62,163 nucleotides of DNA, from positions 1 to 62,163 of the forward strand of contig CAZOFV010000005.1 in the NCBI GenBank assembly GCA_964579635.1. Direction: 5' to 3'. The position numbers and the translations under genes are program-made. The notes beneath the pieces are model-generated. The model was not told where the DNA came from. It worked only from the letters and a program-made list of their open reading frames with translations, and searched no databases. Below, one piece after another: positions 27,627-36,837 of this stretch. Position 1 is the first letter of the stretch, and every line of letters starts with the position of its first letter. The DNA comes from an uncultured Candidatus Saccharibacteria bacterium (lineage in GTDB: Bacteria > Patescibacteriota > Minisyncoccia > Phycocordibacterales > VMEP01).

Positions 27627-27837
27627 ATCAGTATTTCTATTAGTATTTCTTGTTATAACAAATTTATAAATTGAAGCTTAAGTTTAACAGTATTATAGTT
27701 CAAATCCAAGAATTTCTAATTTTTAAGATTTTCTGGATTATATTAATATTTTAATTTCATCACTAAGGCGCCAGCTTATATATGACACATTATATAATGA
27801 TTTCCTGTTACTCCAAAGAGAATCAAAATACGCTTCG

Positions 27838-27890
27838 GTCACGAGTTACTAAGCATTTTGGCACCATTGGCGCCAAAATACAAAGTACTC
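27838..27890. repeat. 53-bp palindromic direct repeat, copy 1
   Basis: 51/53 identical to 28497-28549. Confidence 0.9.
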
Positions 27891-27952
27891 ATGAATATAC
27901 AAACTAAGTTGTATATTCCCGCATTCATAGAAATATGAGGAATTTCCTGATA

Positions 27953-28447
27953 TTACTCTTTTTCTTTGGCGTCTAGTGTCCACACACTTTTATAGGTCTT
28001 GTAAGTCCACACTGTAATGCGATCACCTTTTAAGCTACCGCCAAACTCCGATATCCATTTGTTTCCAAACTCATCAACCAAATAAAGTTTTATATCAAAT
28101 TTATTATTCTCAATATTATTAATATTGGGGGTTTCTATCCAATAATAAGCAGAGTCTCCAGTTCCAGTGGCCAAAAGTCTTGCTCGCTCAAAATAACGGT
28201 TATTCCCTGGTATTTCAAAACCATAGAGATATAGGTTAACCTTACCAACATTTAGCAGTTTTAATATATTTTCATCAGCTGGAACAACTGCGACACCTAC
28301 ATAATCTTGCAGAAGTCTTAGCCTTTCGTTTATTTGATTTGTTTTAACCCCGATAAACAGTGCTCCCAAAAACGTTGCGACAAGAATAACTACCTGCAAA
28401 CAACCCAATACAACCTGCCATATTTCAAATAAATTCATATTTTTCAT
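27953..28447 (-). CDS. Hypothetical protein: N-terminal TM plus beta-rich domain
   Basis: 164-aa ORF between the two repeats; TATAAT abuts the first ATG, so the start may be 28438. Confidence 0.75.
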   Translation of the reverse strand: MKNMNLFEIWQVVLGCLQVVILVATFLGALFIGVKTNQINERLRLLQDYVGVAVVPADENILKLLNVGKVNLYLYGFEIPGNNRYFERARLLATGTGDSAYYWIETPNINNIENNKFDIKLYLVDEFGNKWISEFGGSLKGDRITVWTYKTYKSVWTLDAKEKE

Positions 28448-28496
28448 TATAATTATTTAGTGATTATCGTGATAGTTATTTAAAGGTGATTCATCT

Positions 28497-28549
28497 GTCA
28501 CGAGTTACTAAGTATTTTGGCACCATTGGTGCCAAAATACAAAGTACTC
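28497..28549. repeat. 53-bp palindromic direct repeat, copy 2
   Basis: GTATTTTGGCACC-ATT-GGTGCCAAAATAC core. Confidence 0.9.
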
Positions 28550-28728
28550 GCAAGTTACGCCATATTGAAGGCTACGCCTACATAATTTATGTGGTCCACA
28601 ATAATTCATTTTCCGTCGAAAATGAATTTTCCAGACCCGGACTCAGCCATTTTTTCTGCTGAAAAAATACGCTTCCGTCTTCATAAATTAGTAAGTAAGC
28701 AAAGAAGTTTCCTTACTTACTTAATTTA

Positions 28729-28800
28729 TGACCCTACAGGGAATCGAACCCTGCTTCCAGCCTTGAGAAGGCTGTGTCCTAACCGATAGACGATAGGGCC
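28729..28800 (-). tRNA. tRNA-Glu(CTC), CCA not encoded
   Basis: GGCCCTA/TAGGGTC acceptor, CAGCC-TTCTCAA-GGCTG anticodon arm, GGTTCGATTCC T arm. Confidence 0.95.
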
Positions 28801-28916
28801 TTGTTTATTTTTATCTAAATACTAATTCCACCCATTGTTTACTCGCCATGCGAGTAAGCCAAACTAAACACACATAGCTTATATTTTTTCCCCCTTTCTA
28901 TCAAGTTTAAAATAAT

Positions 28917-28938
28917 AAAGCCCGCGAATGCGGGCTTT
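28917..28938 (-). terminator. Intrinsic terminator AAAGCCCGCGAATGCGGGCTTT
   Basis: Identical to 29226-29247. Confidence 0.8.
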
Positions 28939-28949
28939 ATGGCTCGGTA

Positions 28950-29144
28950 TCAACCGAGGGAACAGATCTTCTCTACAACGGCCCAAAGATCTTTGATCAT
29001 TCCCCAAGCATCTCCGTAAAACAAATAGGACATCAACAGAACCTGGGTTACGACAAGAAAAACCAACAAGGCTTTGAGACGTTTGCCGGTTCTCCTGCTT
29101 TCAGCCCACATGGCTTCTGTTTCAGGACATGTCTGTGTTTTCAT
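28950..29144 (-). CDS. 64-aa single-TM ORFan (paralog of 29264-29467)
   Basis: Own promoter TTGACT-17-TAAAGT (29203-29175) and terminator. Confidence 0.75.
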   Translation of the reverse strand: MKTQTCPETEAMWAESRRTGKRLKALLVFLVVTQVLLMSYLFYGDAWGMIKDLWAVVEKICSLG

Positions 29145-29225
29145 TTTTTCCCCAATAAAATGTTTACTCCTGTAACTTTACAACATTAAGTTATGTTAGT
29201 CAATATTTTCTTAGTTAAAAATAAC

Positions 29226-29247
29226 AAAGCCCGCGAATGCGGGCTTT
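29226..29247 (-). terminator. Intrinsic terminator AAAGCCCGCGAATGCGGGCTTT
   Basis: Identical to 28917-28938. Confidence 0.8.
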
Positions 29248-29263
29248 CGTTTTGACTAAGTGG

Positions 29264-29467
29264 TCAACGGAGGAAAATTATTTCCCAGATGTCGTTGTAA
29301 GTTGAGACGATCTTTACGACGATTTCGAATACACCTCCGTAAACCAAAAAAACCCCGAACAAAATCTGCGTAGCCACAATGGAACATAACGAAATCTTGA
29401 AATACTTCTCCTCTTCCTTGATTTTCGTTCTCAGGGTTTCCGTGTTTGAATATACACCCTCTTCCAT
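29264..29467 (-). CDS. 67-aa single-TM ORFan (paralog of 28950-29144)
   Basis: Own promoter TTGACG-17-TAGAGT (29565-29537); shared VxTQxLxxxxLxYG. Confidence 0.75.
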   Translation of the reverse strand: MEEGVYSNTETLRTKIKEEEKYFKISLCSIVATQILFGVFLVYGGVFEIVVKIVSTYNDIWEIIFLR

Positions 29468-29568
29468 AATTTTCTCCCCAAAATACCTACGTCACTTGGG
29501 CTAATTTCGAACAACTAAAACTTGTTTGCTTACACAACTCTACAACACTAAATATTACACGTCAACTT

Positions 29569-30879
29569 CTATCTAGACTTCCATTCCTCTTCTTGCCTAA
29601 CAAGAAGTTCTTTAGCTTTTTCTGGATTTGCCATCACTTCAAGAACAGCGCGCTCCATTCTCATTCCTTGTGAACCTTTAATTAACGCTATGTCCCCTTC
29701 TTTTATTTTTTGTTCCAAAAATTTACCAGCTTCTTTAGAATCCTCAAATTGAAAAATTTTCTTTTCTGATAATCCGGCGATGAGCGCGCCTTCGGCGATG
29801 TGTCTTGCGCGAATTCCAACGGTAATGACCATATCACAAATCTTTCCTGCAATTTCACCCATTCGACGATGCTCCGTGCTTGCGTGTTTACCGAGCTCAA
29901 GCATGTCTCCCAAAACTGCAATCTTCTTCCCTTTCCCTTCTAATTTGGAAAGTGTTTCAAGCGCAGACTCCATCGCAATTGGCGATGCGTTGTACGTATC
30001 ATCAACAATAATGCTTCCCTTCACTCCTTTAATTAGTCTTAATCGCCCCGGAGCCATTTCGTATGTGTGAAGCGCTTCTGCTGCGCGAACCATGTTCAAT
30101 TCACAAGCATCGGCAACAGCAAGAGCAGAAAGCGCCGCGTAAATATGATTCATCCCAAAACCACCAGAGAGATGTACTGGAATACTTGATCCTTTTGAAT
30201 CAACGCGAAATGTTATACCAAGTGGATATCCATCATTTTCATCTTTTTTGTATTCGATATTTTCATATGAAGCGATGAGTGTCGCATCTTTACTAAAACC
30301 ATAACTCTCTGTTCGTGCTTTTATTTTTTCTTTAAGAGACATCACGTCCTCGTCATCTGCGTTCAAAATAATCGTTCCGTTTTTTGACACAGCGTGCGCA
30401 AGCTCCCCTTTTTCGGCCTTAACAGCTTCAGGCGATTCAAAAAACTCAACGTGTGCTGGAACCTTACTCAAGCGAGTAATTATTGCTATATCTGGTTTAA
30501 TCCAAGAAGCTGTTTTTTTAATATCTCCCGGGCGGTCGGCACCAACCTCAAGAACAAGCCATTCTGGATATGGTTTTCTTTGAATCAAAAGAGAAATACC
30601 GTCTAAAAAATTCTTAATCCACATAAGTGGATTACTCCAAGCGTTTGGGCAACCAATCACAGTAAGAGGGATTCCAATTTCACCATTAAAACTCTTCTCA
30701 CTTTTTCTAGTTTTGTAAAAATGAGACAAAACTGCATAAACCGCATCTTTAGAAGAAGTCTTCCCAACAGTGCCGGTAATCGCCACAATTCGTGGCTTAT
30801 ATTTTTTTAAAATAAGACGCGCTTCTAATGTTAGAACCGCAATTATTGTTTTCTTTAAAGTTGTTTTTAAAAACTGCAT
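29569..30879 (-). CDS. murF: UDP-MurNAc-tripeptide--D-Ala-D-Ala ligase
   Basis: ITGTVGKTS, FNGEIG, DDTYNASP, LGDMLELG, IKGSQG. Confidence 0.92.
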   Translation of the reverse strand: MQFLKTTLKKTIIAVLTLEARLILKKYKPRIVAITGTVGKTSSKDAVYAVLSHFYKTRKSEKSFNGEIGIPLTVIGCPNAWSNPLMWIKNFLDGISLLIQRKPYPEWLVLEVGADRPGDIKKTASWIKPDIAIITRLSKVPAHVEFFESPEAVKAEKGELAHAVSKNGTIILNADDEDVMSLKEKIKARTESYGFSKDATLIASYENIEYKKDENDGYPLGITFRVDSKGSSIPVHLSGGFGMNHIYAALSALAVADACELNMVRAAEALHTYEMAPGRLRLIKGVKGSIIVDDTYNASPIAMESALETLSKLEGKGKKIAVLGDMLELGKHASTEHRRMGEIAGKICDMVITVGIRARHIAEGALIAGLSEKKIFQFEDSKEAGKFLEQKIKEGDIALIKGSQGMRMERAVLEVMANPEKAKELLVRQEEEWKSR

Positions 30880-30900
30880 TTAATTCTGTTGTATTACCTT

Positions 30901-32619
30901 CTATCTGTCGGGCGGAACCTCATAATAACTTATGAGGAATTTTGCCATGTCCATGAAGGGGTAGGTTAAAGTATGAGACGCATATCTTTCTCCTTTGGGA
31001 TATTTTGTATAAATAAAAATTAAAAACTTTGGATTATACGCTGGGAAATATCCAAAAAACGAATGGAGATACCTATCGTCATAGTAACCTTTGCCGTTTG
31101 GAAGTGCAATTTGCGCTGTCCCTGTTTTTGCCGCAATGCTGTATCGTTCCATTTTTACTGTTCCGCCCAAAAGCGCTTTATCAACAACTTTAACCAACAT
31201 TCTAGTTATCTCCTCGGATGTTTCCTTTTTTATTACTTGAGCGCCGAGGGGAGCTTCAATTTTTTTATTAAGTCCACCTTTATAAGCTATCTCTGAGACA
31301 AGATGTGGAGTGACTATATATCCACCATTCCCTAAAATCGCGAGTGCTCGAATCGTACTAATTGGGGTCATTGCAATTCCCTGCCCGAAAGAAGCGTTAG
31401 CAAACTCAATATCACGATTAGTGTTTAAGTTTGAAATAAGATTTCTGCCTTCGTTTGGCAAATCAATACCAGTCTTCTCCCCTAACCCGAATGATAGAAA
31501 ATATTTTTTGAATTCATCTTTACCCATTTTCTGCATTGCAAAAGCAACGCCGGTATTCAAAGATTCATCAAGCACATGTTGCATTGTCGTAACACCACGA
31601 CCTTTCTTGTCGTAGTTGTAAATTGTGTATCCATTGAAAGTAAGTGAACCAGTGTCGTTGTATGTCGTGTTTGCTTTAACCACCCCCTTATCAAGAGCCG
31701 CAGCCATTGTGAGCGCCTTAACGGTCGAGCCCATTTCGTAGACATTTTCAACTAACGGGTTTGAAAAAAGTGCGACATTTTCTACTGATTGAAAATTATT
31801 TAAATCAAAACCGGGAGTTACCTCAATTGCATAAATACTTCCATCTTGAGGATTCATAATTATTGCGCCAGTTTCCTCTGAAGAATATTTTTCGTTTATC
31901 CCTTGAACAGTTTTTTGAAGATAATTCTGTATTGATGGGTCTATTGTTAGTATCAAATCGCCTTCTTTATTTAAACTATCGCTTGATACTGTGTTCCTTA
32001 AGCTCGAAAAAACTTCCGCAAAGAAATTAACATATAGCCCATTTTTTCCTCTCTCTAAAACATTGTTATATTGTCTTTCTAACCCATATCTCCCAGCAAT
32101 GACGTCTTCTTTATAAGCTGTAAAACCAATTGTTTGCGCAGACATAGATCCAGCTGGATAAAATCTCCACTTTTCTTTATAAACCGAAACTCCGGGCAAT
32201 TTTAATGCGCTTATTTCATCAACACTCTCGCGTGGAACTCTGTGCGCAATTTCTTCGTATGGATCTTTTTCCCTTGATGATTTTTTAATAAAAACATCAT
32301 GTTCAAGTTCGGGAATATATTTCTTTAAGTTTAAATATAAATCTTCTTTATCTTTAATTTTTTGTGGATTTATAGCGACAATATATCCAGACTTCAATCC
32401 AGCTGCGGAGATAAGTCTGCCATCAGCTTCTTTAAAAAAAATGGAACCACGATCAAAAATCGAACCACGAGGAGTTGCGTATTGTCGGTCAGCCACCTCA
32501 CTATAATAAGAGCCGTTAACAACCTGTATAAAAAACAACTTAATAATTATTAAGCCGGCGCATGTCGCTAAAAATAGCGAAATCCACTTGATTCTATCTG
32601 TCTGATTAATATGAGCCAT
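30901..32619 (-). CDS. ftsI: Class B penicillin-binding protein (FtsI/PBP3-like)
   Basis: EMGSTVK, SLN, KTGTAQ; dcw context. Confidence 0.85.
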   Translation of the reverse strand: MAHINQTDRIKWISLFLATCAGLIIIKLFFIQVVNGSYYSEVADRQYATPRGSIFDRGSIFFKEADGRLISAAGLKSGYIVAINPQKIKDKEDLYLNLKKYIPELEHDVFIKKSSREKDPYEEIAHRVPRESVDEISALKLPGVSVYKEKWRFYPAGSMSAQTIGFTAYKEDVIAGRYGLERQYNNVLERGKNGLYVNFFAEVFSSLRNTVSSDSLNKEGDLILTIDPSIQNYLQKTVQGINEKYSSEETGAIIMNPQDGSIYAIEVTPGFDLNNFQSVENVALFSNPLVENVYEMGSTVKALTMAAALDKGVVKANTTYNDTGSLTFNGYTIYNYDKKGRGVTTMQHVLDESLNTGVAFAMQKMGKDEFKKYFLSFGLGEKTGIDLPNEGRNLISNLNTNRDIEFANASFGQGIAMTPISTIRALAILGNGGYIVTPHLVSEIAYKGGLNKKIEAPLGAQVIKKETSEEITRMLVKVVDKALLGGTVKMERYSIAAKTGTAQIALPNGKGYYDDRYLHSFFGYFPAYNPKFLIFIYTKYPKGERYASHTLTYPFMDMAKFLISYYEVPPDR

Positions 32620-32956
32620 CTCTCAAACTTAAACCCTTGGCAGTGTCGTTTTTAGACACAAAAACAGCGCCACCTGCCTCTTCATAACCCAAAGAACGAG
32701 CTAAATCAAGGGAAATCGAGTTTCCTGTAGCAAGATACTCAATTTCAAGCTCACTTAACGTTGATTTAACAACCCTCAATTCATTTTCTAGGTTTGCTCT
32801 TCCTGCTACGTTAAAAACCGTACTAGCAACAAAGTAAAAATATAGAGCCATTGAAAAGATGAGAAAACCAAATGCTATATGCATATATATTGAATCAACT
32901 TCGCCCCAAATTAATGCGGCACTCTTTGTATTTAATTTTGAAATGTTTTTTTTCAT
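32606..32956 (-). CDS. FtsL-like single-TM coiled-coil protein
   Basis: Between rsmH and ftsI; TM plus coiled coil. Confidence 0.6.
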   Translation of the reverse strand: MKKNISKLNTKSAALIWGEVDSIYMHIAFGFLIFSMALYFYFVASTVFNVAGRANLENELRVVKSTLSELEIEYLATGNSISLDLARSLGYEEAGGAVFVSKNDTAKGLSLRDGSY

Positions 32957-32962
32957 AAAGAA

Positions 32963-33907
32963 CTAATTTTTTTCTAAAATTCTCAATTTGGCACTACGAG
33001 CTCTGGGATTTTCTTTGGTTTCTTCTTCGCCTGCTATCAATGGTCTTTTTGTGATAATTTTTGCAAGACCATCTTTTGCTTTTTCTTGAAAATATCTTTT
33101 TACAATTCTGTCTTCAATACTATGAAATGAAATGATTGCCATTCGACCATGAGAACTAAGTGCGTCAAATGCTTTTGGTAAAGCTTCGGTAAGTGCCCCT
33201 GTCTCATCGTTTACCGCCATCCTAATTCCTTGAAAAGTGCGTGTTGCCGGATGAATCTTCTGCTTCTTTCTCGCAACATAAGGTATCGCTTCTTCAATAA
33301 TCTTTGATAATTGAGAAGTGGTTGTGATTGGTCCCAATTCCCTATTCTCAACAATTGCTTTGGCTATTCTTTTCGCAAATCTTTCTTCGCCATACGAAGA
33401 GATGATGAGGGTGAGTGTTTCTTCGCTCCAAGTGTTCACCACTTCAAGCGCCGTGACCTCATCTTCTTTTGGTTCTTCAGCGAAAGTCATTACCAACGGT
33501 TCTTCTTGTTTGAAAGTGAACCCTCTCCCGGAAATTTCTATTTGCGGAGAACTCAACCCAAGATCAAATAGTGCTGAATCGATTTTTTCTACACCGGCTT
33601 CTTTTAGTACAGAGTCGAGGTTTCTAAAGTTTGTATTAAAAAATTTTATCTCGCCCTTAAAACCAAAATTAGAAAGTGTATCTTTTGCTCTCGTGATGGC
33701 TGCACTATCAGCATCAATGCCGATAATTATGCCCTTATGTCCAATACGAGTGGCAATCTCTTTGGTGTGACCACCGACGCCAAGTGTGGCATCAAGTGCG
33801 ACCTCACCTTCTTTTAAATTGAGACCTTCTATTGCTTCTTGTAAAAGAACTGATACGTGCTTAGCTTCATTAGGTGAAATGCTTTTTGTATTTATTTTTT
33901 TTTGCAT
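32963..33907 (-). CDS. rsmH: 16S rRNA m4C1402 methyltransferase
   Basis: HVSVLL, DATLGVGGH, DLGLSS, HPATRTFQ, NPRARSAKLR. Confidence 0.96.
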   Translation of the reverse strand: MQKKINTKSISPNEAKHVSVLLQEAIEGLNLKEGEVALDATLGVGGHTKEIATRIGHKGIIIGIDADSAAITRAKDTLSNFGFKGEIKFFNTNFRNLDSVLKEAGVEKIDSALFDLGLSSPQIEISGRGFTFKQEEPLVMTFAEEPKEDEVTALEVVNTWSEETLTLIISSYGEERFAKRIAKAIVENRELGPITTTSQLSKIIEEAIPYVARKKQKIHPATRTFQGIRMAVNDETGALTEALPKAFDALSSHGRMAIISFHSIEDRIVKRYFQEKAKDGLAKIITKRPLIAGEEETKENPRARSAKLRILEKN

Positions 33908-33936
33908 TTTTTACCTAATCAACCTAATCGTCTAAT

Positions 33937-34371
33937 TTATATCGCCCCTACCTCACCCAACTTCTCTGCTAACAAATCTGCCTGCTTGCCGATATTTGCC
34001 TTATACTCGCCCCAAAGTTTTTCGTTCCAAATCTCGATGCGTCCGTAAACGCCCGCGATGACGATTTTGCTTTTGAGCTCGGCAAAATCTTTCAATGAGT
34101 CTGGTATCAAAACTCGACCCAATGAATCAACCTCTGCTTCATATGCACCTGAGAGCATAAAACGAGAAAAGCCACGCATATCGCCTCGACCTAGAGGAAG
34201 CTCGGAAAGTTTCTCCGCGAGTTTTTCCCACTGAGGCATGGTGTAAACGAAAAGACATTTATCAAGCCCGTTCGTTATTACCACTTTCTTTCCCACTTCT
34301 CTTCTGAACTTAGCGGGCAAAGAAACTCTTTTTTTATCGTCCAACGTGTGGACATATTCTCCTATAAGCAT
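33937..34371 (-). CDS. mraZ: Transcriptional regulator MraZ
   Basis: LDDKKRVSLP, DSLGRVLIP, RIEIW. Confidence 0.96.
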   Translation of the reverse strand: MLIGEYVHTLDDKKRVSLPAKFRREVGKKVVITNGLDKCLFVYTMPQWEKLAEKLSELPLGRGDMRGFSRFMLSGAYEAEVDSLGRVLIPDSLKDFAELKSKIVIAGVYGRIEIWNEKLWGEYKANIGKQADLLAEKLGEVGAI

Positions 34372-34456
34372 GACTTTAATTTCGTACCCATCGCTTTTAT
34401 TAAATGGCTAAAAACAAAAGCGGTGTATGGGATAAAACAGATTATCTAAAGATTTT

Positions 34457-34500
34457 CCACTTCATCCCACTGCATACCATTATACCCCACTAGACACCAT
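34457..34500 (-). promoter_or_regulatory. Five MraZ-box-like RTGG repeats at 10-bp period overlapping a TATAAT
   Basis: (-) ATGGtgtcta GTGGggtata ATGGtatgca GTGGgatgaa GTGG. Confidence 0.8.
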
Positions 34501-34512
34501 TTCATAGCAAAG

Positions 34513-34521
34513 TTATCCACA
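34513..34521 (+). promoter_or_regulatory. Perfect DnaA box TTATCCACA
   Basis: Exact consensus next to the mraZ promoter. Confidence 0.55.
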
Positions 34522-34600
34522 AAATCTTGTGTTTACAGCACCAGAAAACAACACTAAATAAAAGGCAATAGTGGTGTTATTTTAGGGCTAAACATAGCCA

Positions 34601-34644
34601 TAAAAATAACCACTTGAGAGCAAAAACTCTAAGTGGTTATTTTT
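34601..34644. terminator. Terminator downstream of lysS
   Basis: AAAAATAACCACTT...AAGTGGTTATTTTT. Confidence 0.7.
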
Positions 34645-34662
34645 GTTTTTCTATCTAATTCG

Positions 34663-36141
34663 TTATTCTCTTGGTCTCATTGTTGGGAACAAAATAACTT
34701 CTTTAATATTTTTAGTGTTAGTCAAAATCATTACCAATCTATCAATACCAATACCAACACCGGCAGCTGGTGGCATCCCGTATTCCATTGATTCAAGGTA
34801 ACCCTCGTCTGAAGGAGAAACTTCCCCTTCTCCGGCACGTTTCTTTTTATCCTGCTCAACATATCTTTCGCGCTGATCGCTTGGGTCATTGAGTTCTGAA
34901 AAGGCGTTAACAACTTCAAAACCGCCAACAACAAGTTGGAATCTATCAATAAAATTCTGATCATCTTCTTTTCTTTTTGCAAAAGGAGAAAACTCTACAG
35001 GGTAATCAACAATAAAAGTTGGTTGGATAAGTTTTGGTCGACAAGTTTTCTTATAGATATTATCTATAATTTTTTCTTTCGCATCGTGTGGCGCAACGTC
35101 GATACCAAGCTGCTTTGCTTTTACAACAAGTTCTTCTTTAGTTACCTTTATTAAATCTGGGATGAGCGCATATCTTTTTAATAAGTCAGTATAAGAAATA
35201 ACGCTAAATGGTTTTCCAAAATCAATTACCTCTTCCCCGTGTGGGACCTGACCTTTCTTGGCTACCTTTTTAGCCACACGCCTCACAAGCGCTTCCACAA
35301 ACTTCATAGCTTTCTTCGCATCACTATATGCTTCATAAAACTCAAGCATCGTAAACTCTGGATTATGAGTCACATCTATTCCTTCATTCCTAAAGTTTCG
35401 TCCGAGCTCAAAGACCTTTCTGAATCCTCCAACCAAAAGCTGTTTCAAATATAACTCTGGCGCAATACGTAAAAACAAATCTATATCAAGAGCGTTGTGA
35501 TGAGTTAAAAACGGTAGCGCAGTCGCTCCACCTGCTAGTGGTTGCAGAAGCGGAGTTTCAACTTCCAAAAAACCGTTTTCAGTGAGGGTAACGCGTATTT
35601 CATTTATTACGGCAGAGCGAACCAAAAATCTGTCGCGAACTTCTGTCGACATTAATGTGTCGAGATATCGCCTACGAAATCTTTCTTCTACATCTTGTAG
35701 TCCATGCCATTTATCTGGCAATGGGCGCAAACTCTTTGAAAGCATTCTCCAATTTGTGACAAGAATCGTCTTTTCTTTTCGTTTGGTGACAAACAGTTTT
35801 CCAGAAACTTCAATGAAATCTCCGATGTCGATAGCATCTTTAAAAAGTTCGAATGCAGCGTCCTCAATTTCCCCCTTTTTAAGAAGCCCTTGGAATAACC
35901 CCGTGCCGTCGTTTAAATCAAAAAATACGAGTGCCCCTTGCCCACGCAAAGACATAACTCGCCCAACAAGAGAAAGTGGTTTTTTGCGTTTAGATAGTTT
36001 TGCAAATTGAGCTACCGCTTCAAATAATGTTGCATCGGAATTTGAAACAATTGGATAAGGTGCCACCCCCATCGTTTTTAGGATAGAAAGTTTTCTGAGG
36101 CGTTCGTTTCTAATTTCTTCAAGTGAAGCCATAATTGGCAA
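34663..36141 (-). CDS. lysS: Lysine--tRNA ligase (class II)
   Basis: OB fold, RFRRRYLD, LRIAPELYLK, FRNEG, PPAAGVGIGIDRL. Confidence 0.97.
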   Translation of the reverse strand: MPIMASLEEIRNERLRKLSILKTMGVAPYPIVSNSDATLFEAVAQFAKLSKRKKPLSLVGRVMSLRGQGALVFFDLNDGTGLFQGLLKKGEIEDAAFELFKDAIDIGDFIEVSGKLFVTKRKEKTILVTNWRMLSKSLRPLPDKWHGLQDVEERFRRRYLDTLMSTEVRDRFLVRSAVINEIRVTLTENGFLEVETPLLQPLAGGATALPFLTHHNALDIDLFLRIAPELYLKQLLVGGFRKVFELGRNFRNEGIDVTHNPEFTMLEFYEAYSDAKKAMKFVEALVRRVAKKVAKKGQVPHGEEVIDFGKPFSVISYTDLLKRYALIPDLIKVTKEELVVKAKQLGIDVAPHDAKEKIIDNIYKKTCRPKLIQPTFIVDYPVEFSPFAKRKEDDQNFIDRFQLVVGGFEVVNAFSELNDPSDQRERYVEQDKKKRAGEGEVSPSDEGYLESMEYGMPPAAGVGIGIDRLVMILTNTKNIKEVILFPTMRPRE

Positions 36142-36185
36142 ATTATACAGTTTTTATAAAAAAAGTGAAAATCATAACCTTTTTT

Positions 36186-36250
36186 AAAATACCTTCAAAA
36201 AAATACGTATAATTTTCAGTTGAAAATTATACGTATTTTTTTTAATCGTA
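36186..36250. repeat. Palindromic element copy C (symmetrised)
   Basis: Perfect 22-bp arms around GT (36197-36242); left end AAAATACCTTCAAAAA shared with copy A. Confidence 0.75.
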
Positions 36251-36266
36251 CTTAAAAAAGAAGAGT

Positions 36267-36725
36267 TTATTCAATATCAACAATCTCGTATTCTGTAGAA
36301 CCAGATGGAGTTTTAAACTTAACAACTTCTCCTTTTTTCTTTCCAAATAGAGCAACACCAAGTGGTGACATGTTTGAGATTTTTCCCTGCGACATATCCG
36401 CCTCTTCTGAGCCAACAACTTCGTATTTCTGGGTAGTAGAACTTCCGGATTTTTTAACAACAACAGTAGAACCAACCTCAACCATATTACTGTGGTGTTT
36501 TTCAATAACAACGGCTGATTTTAATATCTCTTCTATTTGAGCTATTCTCTCTTCTGTTTTTGCTTGATCTTCACGAGCTTGAAGATATTCAGCATTTTCT
36601 GAAAGGTCACCTAAAGACTTCGCGTACTCCAATTGTTCCGCAATTTCTTTACGTCGAGTCCCCTTCAAGAAGGCAACTTCTTTTCCTAATTCGTCAATTT
36701 TTTGTTTACTTAATTGATATTCCAT
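36267..36725 (-). CDS. greA: Transcription elongation factor GreA
   Basis: GDLSENAEY, ISNMSPLG..L. Confidence 0.96.
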   Translation of the reverse strand: MEYQLSKQKIDELGKEVAFLKGTRRKEIAEQLEYAKSLGDLSENAEYLQAREDQAKTEERIAQIEEILKSAVVIEKHHSNMVEVGSTVVVKKSGSSTTQKYEVVGSEEADMSQGKISNMSPLGVALFGKKKGEVVKFKTPSGSTEYEIVDIE

Positions 36726-36837
36726 AATTTTGTGTGGCGACTATTGTAGCGAAATAAAGACCCAAAAGCAACAGACAGTAAGTTAGAGAATAAACGGGCG
36801 TATTTAGCAAAATTAACCCTTTATTTTATTAGTCAGA

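Larger units (their letters stand above)
26341..28728. mobile_element. Putative accessory islet or decayed integrative element at the tRNA-Glu 3' end
   Basis: AT-rich hypothetical genes and repeats abutting a tRNA; no integrase or att duplication found. Confidence 0.35.

Noticed and set aside
13767-28549. CRISPR-Cas locus (Cas4-like and Cas2-like genes, two repeats)
   Set aside because: No cas1 or effector gene; the only repeat pair is 53 bp with a ~600-bp coding spacer
27838-28549. Classical integron attC sites
   Set aside because: No RYYYAAC/GTTRRRY cores, no intI, and the coding strand is the one favoured for folding; kept as an unclassified finding
25600-28728. Intact prophage or ICE at tRNA-Glu
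   Set aside because: No integrase, structural or replication genes, and no duplicated tRNA 3' end seen
28589-28789. 66-aa ORF
   Set aside because: Antisense to tRNA-Glu and built from palindromic sequence
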